Origin: an uncultured Staphylococcaceae bacterium
Lineage (GTDB): Bacteria; Bacillota_I; Bacilli_A; RFN20; CAG-826
Reading direction: 5' to 3'
Assembly (NCBI GenBank): GCA_964392865.1
Contig: CAYMRJ010000002.1
Location: 1,574-65,573, forward strand
Length of the DNA stretch: 64,000 bases
A program made the position numbers and the translations under genes. The notes below the pieces were generated by a model. The model was given only the letters and a program-made list of their open reading frames with translations. It was not told the DNA's origin and did no database searches. Shown here piece after piece: positions 34,433 to 42,563 of this stretch. Every line of letters starts with the position of its first letter. Within the stretch, counting starts at the first letter, position 1.

Positions 34433-35565
34433 GCGAAAAGGTCCTCCTCGGCTTCTCCGGCGGCGTCGATAGCGCCGTTTCGGCCTACTTGCTCCAGAAG
34501 TCCGGCTATGAAGTCACCGGCTGCTTCATGCGGAACTGGGATGCCCTTGCCAACAATGACTACTTGGGCAATCCGACCGCCTTCGACGATCAATGTCCCC
34601 AAGAAAAGGATTACGACGATGCCAAAGAAGCGGCCGAGAAGCTCGGGATCCCCCTTCTAAGGGCCGACTTCGTCAAAGAATACTGGGATTCGGTCTTTTC
34701 CTATTTCCTAGACGAATACAAAAAGGGAAGGACGCCCAACCCCGATGTCTACTGCAACAAGTACATCAAATTCGATTCCTTCCTGGAGTTTGCCAAGGCC
34801 AATGGATTCGAGACCATCGCCATGGGACATTACGCAAGGAAAGATGTCCATGAAGGAATCGAATATCTCTATAAGGCCGCCGATAAGAACAAGGATCAGA
34901 CGTACTTCCTAAGCCAGCTTAGCGAAGAGCAGATTGCGTCGTGTCTTTTCCCCTTGGGCGATATCAAGAAAGATGAGGTCAGGGACATTGCCCATAAGCT
35001 CGGACTAAGCAGCGTCATGGATAAAAAAGATTCCACGGGCGTCTGCTTCATCGGCGAGCGCCGTTTCCGGGACTTCCTGATGAATTATTTCCCGGCGAAT
35101 AGCGGCGACATCATCGATCTCCATGACGGAAATAAAGTAGGGGAGCACGTCGGTACTCTCTATTACACGATCGGACAGAGAAGGGGGCTCGGAATCGGGG
35201 GCATCCACGGCAAGACCGCCAACCCATGGTACGTAGCCAAGAAGGACACGAAGAACAATATCCTTTACGTCTCCAATGACCCCGAGGAACGGCTCCTTTA
35301 TCCAGATACGGTTTTTGCTGATACCCTCAATATCGTCGGGCCGCTCCCGGAAGAGGGAGAAGAAGTCGGGGTCAAGTTCCGCTACCGCGCCGCCGATACA
35401 AAATGCCGGATATATATCGAAGGGGACCAAGTTCGCTTCGAACTTCTCGAAAAGGCCAGGGCGGTAACGCCCGGCCAATTCGCCGTCATCTATAAGGGCG
35501 AAAGGATGCTCGGTTCGGCCATCATCGCCGCCACTTATCTGGAAGGCGAAAGAATCGATCTCTGA
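34429..35565 (+). CDS. mnmA: tRNA 2-thiouridine(34) synthase
   Basis: GFSGGVDSAVSAYLL PP-loop, NPDVYCNK and DSTGVCFIGE. Confidence 0.95.
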   Translation: MSEKVLLGFSGGVDSAVSAYLLQKSGYEVTGCFMRNWDALANNDYLGNPTAFDDQCPQEKDYDDAKEAAEKLGIPLLRADFVKEYWDSVFSYFLDEYKKGRTPNPDVYCNKYIKFDSFLEFAKANGFETIAMGHYARKDVHEGIEYLYKAADKNKDQTYFLSQLSEEQIASCLFPLGDIKKDEVRDIAHKLGLSSVMDKKDSTGVCFIGERRFRDFLMNYFPANSGDIIDLHDGNKVGEHVGTLYYTIGQRRGLGIGGIHGKTANPWYVAKKDTKNNILYVSNDPEERLLYPDTVFADTLNIVGPLPEEGEEVGVKFRYRAADTKCRIYIEGDQVRFELLEKARAVTPGQFAVIYKGERMLGSAIIAATYLEGERIDL

Positions 35566-35659
35566 CCCATTTTGAGAATTTTTGCAATTGCCGCCTTATA
35601 GGCGGATAATAGCCTATCGGGAAATAAAGGACCGCCTTTATAAAGGGTCCCGATAAGGA

Positions 35660-36934
35660 ATGAATTCGATGAAATCCAAATATCTACTGTTGGCAGCTGC
35701 CGGGGTTCTTTCACTTGCCGGCTGCGACCTATTCGACGGAACCAGTGATACTTCCGCGTACGTGCCGCCCAGCGCTCCGAGCGCCACTATCGAAAGCAAA
35801 ACCTCCGAAACTTCGGAATGGACGCCCGGCTACACCATGGGCGATGCCGATTTCTCCAGTTATAACGAAGAGGGCCAGTTGGAAATCATCGCCCTCGAGA
35901 TGTCGGGCACATATGGCGACGGGACCCTAATCCAATATCGCGTCGGCGATAGTTCCGAATCCTTCGACATCTTGGTCGATGCCGGCCCGAACAACAATAC
36001 CATGGCCAATGCCGTTTCCTCGGCTTTGGAGGAATTCGTGACTGACCACGTGTTGGACATGGTCGTCCTTAGCCACGAGCATACCGACCATTACGGTGGC
36101 TTCAGGAACCAAGCCATCCAAAACGGCGGCATCACCGAGGTCAAATACGTCGTCGACAATGGCGTGAGCGGATACAACTCGACCTATCAAAGCACCTGGG
36201 AAGAAGGGGTCCGCGAATACTGGGTCAATAGGGGTGCCGAATATTTGGCCATCCAAGACATCCTGGAGTCCGGCAACCAGGCCATGCAGATCGACGAAGG
36301 GGCCTACGTCATCTTCCTCGATACCGGCTATTACCCGGAATACGAAAGCACCGGCACTTCCAGCAACCCGAACCTCGATAGCATTGCCATGTGCGTAAGG
36401 GCCGGGGGCAAGGCCGTCTACATGTCGGGCGACATGGGCATCGACGAAGCCGAAGCCAGCACCATCGAACTCAATAGCGACGAAGAGGGCAACGCTTGGT
36501 TCCTCGACGGGGCGGAAGAAGTGATCTACAAGGCCGCCCACCACGGGGCCATTAGCCATGGCGCCAATTCCAGCGAGTACATCCGCTGGATCAATCCAAG
36601 CTGGTCTTGGGCTTCGGCCGCCATCACCACCGCCAATCAGGGCAACTCGAGCTATTCGACCCAGCACCCCTATGACGGCGCTCTCCAAAGGATCGCGGCC
36701 GCCATCGCAAGCGCGACGGGCCTAAGTTATAGCCAAGCCATCAACAACCGCATCTATTTCACCGGCACCACCGGCAATCTCCACTTCGAGTGGGAAGACC
36801 TGGACGGGGATATCTCTATCTATGGCGATGGTAGGAAACTGGCCGACTACTACGATAAGGACGGGAACCTCGTCGATCCGGAAGACGAGAAGGATCTGCC
36901 TTACTACCAGACGGCTTTCGCCGCCAAGCAATAG
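35660..36934 (+). CDS. Secreted lipoprotein with metallo-beta-lactamase fold (ComEC C-terminal-domain-like)
   Basis: Lipobox LLLAAAGVLSLAGC. HxHxDH motif LSHEHTDHYGG. Later SGDMG and KAAHHG. Confidence 0.75.
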   Translation: MNSMKSKYLLLAAAGVLSLAGCDLFDGTSDTSAYVPPSAPSATIESKTSETSEWTPGYTMGDADFSSYNEEGQLEIIALEMSGTYGDGTLIQYRVGDSSESFDILVDAGPNNNTMANAVSSALEEFVTDHVLDMVVLSHEHTDHYGGFRNQAIQNGGITEVKYVVDNGVSGYNSTYQSTWEEGVREYWVNRGAEYLAIQDILESGNQAMQIDEGAYVIFLDTGYYPEYESTGTSSNPNLDSIAMCVRAGGKAVYMSGDMGIDEAEASTIELNSDEEGNAWFLDGAEEVIYKAAHHGAISHGANSSEYIRWINPSWSWASAAITTANQGNSSYSTQHPYDGALQRIAAAIASATGLSYSQAINNRIYFTGTTGNLHFEWEDLDGDISIYGDGRKLADYYDKDGNLVDPEDEKDLPYYQTAFAAKQ

Positions 36935-36989
36935 AGCGCCTTTATAAAAAAGGCGAGGGGCGTATAATCCGCCTTGGGATTATTTAGTT

Positions 36990-39587
36990 ATGAAACCGCT
37001 GAGCGGACACGAGATCAGAAGGCGCTGGATCGCCTTCTTCGAAGAGAAGGGGCACTTGTTCGTCCCCGGGGTTCCTTTGGTGCCCCATAACGACAAGAGC
37101 CTGCTTTTCGTCAATGCCGGGGTCACCGGATTGAAGAAGTATTTCGACGGAACCGAGGTTCCGCCTTGTAGAAGATTGGTGAATGTCCAGAAGTCCATCC
37201 GGACCAACGACATCGAAAACGTCGGCTTCACCGCCCGCCACCACACCTTCTTCGAAATGCTGGGGAACTTCTCGATCGGGGATTATTTCCGCAAGGAAGT
37301 GATTCCCTGGGCCGCCGAGATCTTGACGGACGAGGAAAAGGGCTTCGGCCTTCCGATGGATAGGCTTTATGCCACCTACAATCCGGATGACTTGGAGTCC
37401 TACGAACTCTGGCAGAAGGCCGGGATGAAGAAGGACCACCTGATTCCCCTCGAAGGCAACTTCTGGGAAATCGGGGAAGGGCCGAGCGGCCCCAATACCG
37501 AGGTCTTCTTCGACCGTGGGGAGAAGTACGATCCGGAGCATAAGGGGATCGCGCTTCTAGAAAACGAAGAGGACAACGACCGCTACATCGAGCTCTGGGG
37601 CATCGTCTTCAGCCAATACAATGCAGAACCCGGCATTCCCAGGAAGGAATACAAGGAACTTCCGAGCAAGAACATCGATACAGGCGCCGGCCTCGAAAGG
37701 ATCGCCTGCATCCTCCAAAACACCGAAACCAATTTCGAGACCGACCTTTTCAGCCCCATCATCCATGAGTGCGAAAAGGAAAGCGGCATCCCTTATAAGG
37801 GGAACGAACTCTCCTTCAGGGTCATCGCCGACCACGCCCGCTGCCTGACCTTCGCTTTGGCGGATGGTGCCAGGTTCAGCAACGAGGGGCGCGGCTATGT
37901 CCTTAGGAGAATCCTAAGGAGGGCCATGCGCTACGCCCGGAAGATCGGGATCGAGCGTCCCTTCCTCTATACCCTTCTTAAAGTCGTTTCGACTTCGTTC
38001 TCCGACTTCTATCCGGACCTCTTGTCCAAGGTCGAGGAAGATAGCGCTCTCGTCAAAGCCGAGGAAGAAAAGTTCCTCAAGACTTTGTCCGCCGGCGAAG
38101 CGATGCTCGGCGATATCCTCAAAGCCGGCAAGACCTTAGACGGGGAAACCCTCTTCAAGTTTTACGATACCTATGGCTTCCCGGCCGATCTCTCGGCCGA
38201 GATCGCCAGGGAAAAAGGCCTCGGCTGCGATATGGAAGGCTTCGAGAAATTGCTCGAAGAAGCCAAGGAAAAAAGTAGGGCCAGCCGCGTCCAGGTCAGC
38301 GGCTTCGGGGCCCAATCGGCCGATTTGCTTGCCTTCAAGGAAAAAAGCGAATTCCTCTATGACGCCGATGCGTTCAAGAGCAAGGTCATCGGCCTCTTCT
38401 CCGAAGGGAAGAGGGTCAGCGTCCTGAAGGGAAAAGGCGAAATCGCCGTCGCCAAAACGCCCTTCTACGCCGAAATGGGCGGACAATGCTCGGATATCGG
38501 CTTCGTCGAAGGAAAAGGCTTCCATGCCGAAGTCATCGACGTGAGGAAGGCCCCCAATGGCCAGCACCTCCATGTCGTCGATGAAGTCAAAGGCGAAATC
38601 AAGGAAGGCGACGACATCAGGCTCGCCATCGATTACGAAAGGCGCCTTTGCATCGAGCGCAACCATAGCGCCACCCACTTGCTCCACGCCTCGCTTTGCC
38701 ATCAGCTCGGCTATACGAAGCAGGAAGGCTCCTACGTCGGACCCGATTACCTCCGCTTCGACTACAGCGTCTCCAAGAAGCCGACGGATTACGATCTCGG
38801 CATCATCGAAGATGACGTCAACCAGATGATCAACATCGGGATGCCCGAAACGACTTTGATCATGCCCCTACAAAAAGCCATCGACCTAGGTGCCGAAGCC
38901 GAATTCATGGAAAAGTACGGGGAAGAAGTCCGGGTCGTGACCTTCGGGCATCTTTCCATCGAGCTCTGCGGCGGGACCCATGTCCGCAATAGCGCCGAGA
39001 TCGGCGTCTTCAAGATCGTCTCGGACGAAGCCATCTCTAGCGGCGTCCGCCGCCTGACGGCCGTTACCTCGAAGAAGGCCTACGAGTACATGCGGAAGAG
39101 AACCGCCATCCTCGACGAAGCCGAAGAGAAGAGCGATAGTAGCGACGTCGACTTCCTCAAGAAGTTCCTGAGCCTCAAGGAAAGAATCAAGGAACTCGAA
39201 AAGGAAAACGAGTCCCTGAGGGGACAAGGTGCCGCCGACCTCGCCAAAGACCTTTTGGCCAAGGCCGAAACCATAAATGGAATTGCCTTCATCGCTTCCC
39301 ATCTCGATAAGGCTTCAAGGGAAGAAGTCGATGCCTTGGGCGATGCCCTGAAGGGCATGGCCAAGGATTCGCTCATCATCCTTGCCGGCGGCAGCGCCCC
39401 GAAGGCCGCCCTCATTGTTCTTAGCAATGGCAAGGCTACCGAAAAGCTCGGCGCCGATGCCGCTTTCAAGGCCATCGCCACGATCCTCGAAGGTAGGGGC
39501 GGCGGCAAAGCCGCTCGCGTGGCCGGGGCCTGTGCGAAGCCCATGGCCATGAAGGAAGCCGCCGAGGTTATCAAGGGATTGCTTTGA
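36990..39587 (+). CDS. alaS: Alanine--tRNA ligase
   Basis: 865 aa. FFEEKGH and FEMLGNFSIGDYFK class II motifs. Editing-domain HSATHLLH. C-terminal DHHA1. Confidence 0.97.
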   Translation: MKPLSGHEIRRRWIAFFEEKGHLFVPGVPLVPHNDKSLLFVNAGVTGLKKYFDGTEVPPCRRLVNVQKSIRTNDIENVGFTARHHTFFEMLGNFSIGDYFRKEVIPWAAEILTDEEKGFGLPMDRLYATYNPDDLESYELWQKAGMKKDHLIPLEGNFWEIGEGPSGPNTEVFFDRGEKYDPEHKGIALLENEEDNDRYIELWGIVFSQYNAEPGIPRKEYKELPSKNIDTGAGLERIACILQNTETNFETDLFSPIIHECEKESGIPYKGNELSFRVIADHARCLTFALADGARFSNEGRGYVLRRILRRAMRYARKIGIERPFLYTLLKVVSTSFSDFYPDLLSKVEEDSALVKAEEEKFLKTLSAGEAMLGDILKAGKTLDGETLFKFYDTYGFPADLSAEIAREKGLGCDMEGFEKLLEEAKEKSRASRVQVSGFGAQSADLLAFKEKSEFLYDADAFKSKVIGLFSEGKRVSVLKGKGEIAVAKTPFYAEMGGQCSDIGFVEGKGFHAEVIDVRKAPNGQHLHVVDEVKGEIKEGDDIRLAIDYERRLCIERNHSATHLLHASLCHQLGYTKQEGSYVGPDYLRFDYSVSKKPTDYDLGIIEDDVNQMINIGMPETTLIMPLQKAIDLGAEAEFMEKYGEEVRVVTFGHLSIELCGGTHVRNSAEIGVFKIVSDEAISSGVRRLTAVTSKKAYEYMRKRTAILDEAEEKSDSSDVDFLKKFLSLKERIKELEKENESLRGQGAADLAKDLLAKAETINGIAFIASHLDKASREEVDALGDALKGMAKDSLIILAGGSAPKAALIVLSNGKATEKLGADAAFKAIATILEGRGGGKAARVAGACAKPMAMKEAAEVIKGLL

Positions 39588-40018
39588 TGAAGGAAAAAGT
39601 CCTGGGATTAGATCTCGGAACGAAGACCTTGGGAGTCGCCATGAGCGATGCCCTCGGGATCGCCCACGGGAAGGAGAACTTCCGCTTCCTCGAGAAGGCC
39701 TATAGGCAGGCCATTGCCCATGTCGTCGAACTCTGTTCGACCTATGGGATCAAGACCATTGCCTTGGGATATCCCCTCAACATGGACGGGAGCGCCGGGG
39801 AAAGCGCCAAGCGTTCCGAGCGCTTCAAGGAAGAGCTCGAAGAAGCCATTCCCGGAATCAAGGTCGTCCTCGTGGACGAAAGGCTGACGACGGTCATGGC
39901 GACCAGGCGCCTTTTGGAGGCCGATATCAGCCGGGCCAAGAGGAAAGAGGTCATCGACCAGCAGGCGGCCGTCGCCATCTTGGAAAACTATCTAGCCAGA
40001 GAGGAAAACGGAATATGA
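39584..40018 (+). CDS. ruvX: Holliday junction resolvase-like nuclease RuvX/YqgF
   Basis: VLGLDLGTKTLGVAMSD...VDERLTT pattern. Confidence 0.9.
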   Translation: MMKEKVLGLDLGTKTLGVAMSDALGIAHGKENFRFLEKAYRQAIAHVVELCSTYGIKTIALGYPLNMDGSAGESAKRSERFKEELEEAIPGIKVVLVDERLTTVMATRRLLEADISRAKRKEVIDQQAAVAILENYLAREENGI

Positions 40019-40281
40019 TGGAAATCACCGACAATACGATGCTAATCACCCGCGATGACGGAGTGACCGACGAATACAAGATCCTTTTCTACTACCATAA
40101 TGACGAAAGGGAAAAGGACTACTACTTCCTCTTCAAAGAAGAGGATCCAGATTCCCTCATCGTCATGGCCAGCGCCGATGGCGAAAGCCTCACGGACGTG
40201 AGCGAAGAAGAGTTCGCCGAATGCCAGGAAGTCCTGGCCGCTTACGAAGAAGAGGGCCTCGGGGAAGAAAACGCCGATTGA
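40015..40281 (+). CDS. DUF1292 family protein (YrzB-like)
   Basis: Small acidic protein following ruvX, as in Bacilli. Pattern DEYKILFYY...YYFLFKEED. Confidence 0.7.
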   Translation: MMEITDNTMLITRDDGVTDEYKILFYYHNDEREKDYYFLFKEEDPDSLIVMASADGESLTDVSEEEFAECQEVLAAYEEEGLGEENAD

Positions 40282-40333
40282 GGAAACCTAGGCTTTAGCC
40301 TATCATTTAGCCCGCCGAATATTAGGAGATACC

Positions 40334-40822
40334 ATGCCAGCCGAAGAAAAGATCCATCTCACTCCCGAAGGCCTCAAGAAGACCCAGGAAGAATACCGCC
40401 GCCTCATCGATGTCGAAAGGCCGGAAAACGTCGAAGCCCTTAAGGCCGCCCGCGACCAAGGCGACCTCAGCGAAAACGCAGACTACGATGCCGCCCGTAC
40501 CAGGCAAGCCCAGATCGAAGCCCGCATCGTCGAACTAGAGCATACCCTTGCCAACTACGTCTTGGTCGATCCGACCAAGGTCGGGAAGAAGATCTTCCTC
40601 GGGAATACCGTCACCTATCGGGAAGTCGCTAGCGGCGAAGAGCATACCGTGAAGCTCGTGGGCAGCATCGAAGCCGATCCCCTTGCCGAGCCCTACCCGA
40701 TGATCTCTAACGAATGCGCTTTGGGGAAGGCCCTCATCGACCGCATTCCGGACGAAAGTAAGGAAATCAGCGTCGAAAGCGCCGATCCCTACGACATCGT
40801 CATCCTCAAGGCCGTCGCCTAA
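40334..40822 (+). CDS. greA: Transcription elongation factor GreA
   Basis: LTPEGLKK...ARDQGDLSENADYDAA motif. Confidence 0.95.
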   Translation: MPAEEKIHLTPEGLKKTQEEYRRLIDVERPENVEALKAARDQGDLSENADYDAARTRQAQIEARIVELEHTLANYVLVDPTKVGKKIFLGNTVTYREVASGEEHTVKLVGSIEADPLAEPYPMISNECALGKALIDRIPDESKEISVESADPYDIVILKAVA

Positions 40823-40840
40823 GGACCAATTAGAAGAGTA

Positions 40841-40865
40841 AGCCAGAGATATCTGGCTTTTTCTT
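40841..40865 (+). terminator. greA terminator
   Basis: AGCCAGA-GATAT-TCTGGCT hairpin followed by TTTTT. Confidence 0.75.
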
Positions 40866-40912
40866 TATGCACATGGTTAGTCATGGCTATCTATTTCTAC
40901 TAGAATAACGGC

Positions 40913-41161
40913 ATGCAGAAGATAGTCCTTAGCGTCGAAGGGATGCATTGCGGGATGTGCGAAGCCCACATTAACGATGTCCTTCGGAAGATAAAAGGCG
41001 TGAAGAAGGCCACTAGCAGCCACGCGAAGCGCGCCTCCGAGGTCATCGCCGAAGACGATGTCGATCCGAATCTTTTGGCCGAGGCCATCAAGGGGCAAGG
41101 CTATGACGTGAAGGGCTTCGCTAGCGAGCCTTACGTCAAAAAAGGCCTCTTCCATCGCTAA
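40913..41161 (+). CDS. Heavy-metal-associated (HMA) domain protein, CopZ-like
   Basis: GMHCGMCEAHI (GMxCxxC) motif. 82 aa. Confidence 0.8.
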   Translation: MQKIVLSVEGMHCGMCEAHINDVLRKIKGVKKATSSHAKRASEVIAEDDVDPNLLAEAIKGQGYDVKGFASEPYVKKGLFHR

Positions 41162-41164
41162 GAG

Positions 41165-41965
41165 ATGCCCTCTTTCGCTTACGTAATCATCGGCATAGCC
41201 GTCATCTTCCTCGGGAGTTCTTTGGGCGCCTCTTGCGTCCTCTTTTTCAAGAAAGGGATCTCTTCGAAGGCCAATACAGTGCTTCTCGGCTTTGCGGCCG
41301 GGATCATGGTGGCGGCCAGCGTTTTCTCTTTGTTGATACCCGCCATCGAAGAAGCCGAGGCCGATTGGGGGAGTTGGTCGTTTGTCCCGGCTGCCGTCGG
41401 TTTTCTCCTCGGCGGGGTCTTTTTGGTCCTGATCGATAGACTGGTGCCGCATATCCATAAAGGAACCGGCGAAGAAGAGGGACCTAAGGCCAGCGGCATG
41501 TCCAAATCGAGCAAGCTCTTCATGGCCGTGACCATCCATAACGTGCCGGAAGGCCTGGCGGTCGGCTTGGCTTTCGGCATTGCCTATTCCGGCGGCGTCT
41601 GGGATTCGGCGGCTTTGATGGCGGCCTTAGGCCTTGCCATCGGCATTGCCATCCAGAACTTCCCGGAAGGGGCCGCGGTCACGCTTCCTCTAAGGGATTC
41701 GACCGGGAGTGGGGGCAAGGCCTTTGGCCTTGGAGTCCTATCGGGGGCCGTCGAGCCCATCGCCGCCATCCTGGCCTTCTTCCTCAGCGCATATGTTTCG
41801 ATTCTTCAGCCGTGGCTTTTGGGCTTTGCGGCCGGGGCGATGATTTTCGTCGTGGCCGAAGATCTGATTCCCGATAGCCATATCGGCGAAAATCCCCACT
41901 TGGGAACGTGGGGTTTGATGGTCGGCTTTGCTTTGATGATGGTCCTCGATATCGCCCTGGGATAA
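41165..41965 (+). CDS. zupT: ZIP-family divalent metal transporter
   Basis: HNVPEGLAVG and NFPEGAAV motifs. Multi-TM. Confidence 0.85.
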   Translation: MPSFAYVIIGIAVIFLGSSLGASCVLFFKKGISSKANTVLLGFAAGIMVAASVFSLLIPAIEEAEADWGSWSFVPAAVGFLLGGVFLVLIDRLVPHIHKGTGEEEGPKASGMSKSSKLFMAVTIHNVPEGLAVGLAFGIAYSGGVWDSAALMAALGLAIGIAIQNFPEGAAVTLPLRDSTGSGGKAFGLGVLSGAVEPIAAILAFFLSAYVSILQPWLLGFAAGAMIFVVAEDLIPDSHIGENPHLGTWGLMVGFALMMVLDIALG

Positions 41966-42023
41966 ATTCGCAGGGACCAAATGGCGAAAATCCCCCTACC
42001 TTAAGGGTGAAAGGAGGAACGCC

Positions 42024-42563
42024 ATGTTCAAAGTCATCATCCTGGGCCTCATCGCCACCATCGTCCTATTAGCAACTTTCTCCATCCTCGATAGCGGGAC
42101 CGTCGCCGGGGTCGACGTCGTCGGCAATACGGCTTCGGCCGCCGAAGGGACCGTTTCGGTCACCATCAGCGGGGAAGTCGTCTATCCCGGTACCTATCTC
42201 GTGGAAGAAGGGGCGACCCTAAGCGACCTCATCGACGCCGCAAGCGGCGAAACCAGCAACGCCGACGACCGCTGCTACAACCTCGACTACGAAATCGAAG
42301 AAGGGATGACCTTCTACATCGCTCCCATCTACGACAATAGCGACGTCTGCGCCGTCACCCCCATCGACAAGGTCAACATCAACGAAGACGACAAGTCGAC
42401 CTTGATGACCGTCTCTTCGATCGGGTCCGTCATCGCTAGCAACATCATCAGCTATCGGGAAGACGAGGGCGAATTCCTCGCCCTTGAGGAAATCAAGAAC
42501 GTCAGCGGCATCGGGAACGCGACCTTCGAGAAGATCAAAGACTACATAATGCTCAAGGATTGA
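42024..42563 (+). CDS. comEA: Competence protein ComEA (DNA receptor)
   Basis: N-terminal TM segment, SLBB-like region, C-terminal helix-hairpin-helix (IKNVSGIGNATFEKIKDYI). Confidence 0.8.
   Translation: MFKVIILGLIATIVLLATFSILDSGTVAGVDVVGNTASAAEGTVSVTISGEVVYPGTYLVEEGATLSDLIDAASGETSNADDRCYNLDYEIEEGMTFYIAPIYDNSDVCAVTPIDKVNINEDDKSTLMTVSSIGSVIASNIISYREDEGEFLALEEIKNVSGIGNATFEKIKDYIMLKD

Noticed and set aside
36935-36989. T-box or other riboswitch leaders upstream of alaS, and likewise upstream of ribF, pdp, mnmA and zupT.
   Set aside because: The intergenic spaces are only ~3-95 nt, too short for T-box, FMN or other riboswitch aptamers. Only simple hairpins are present.
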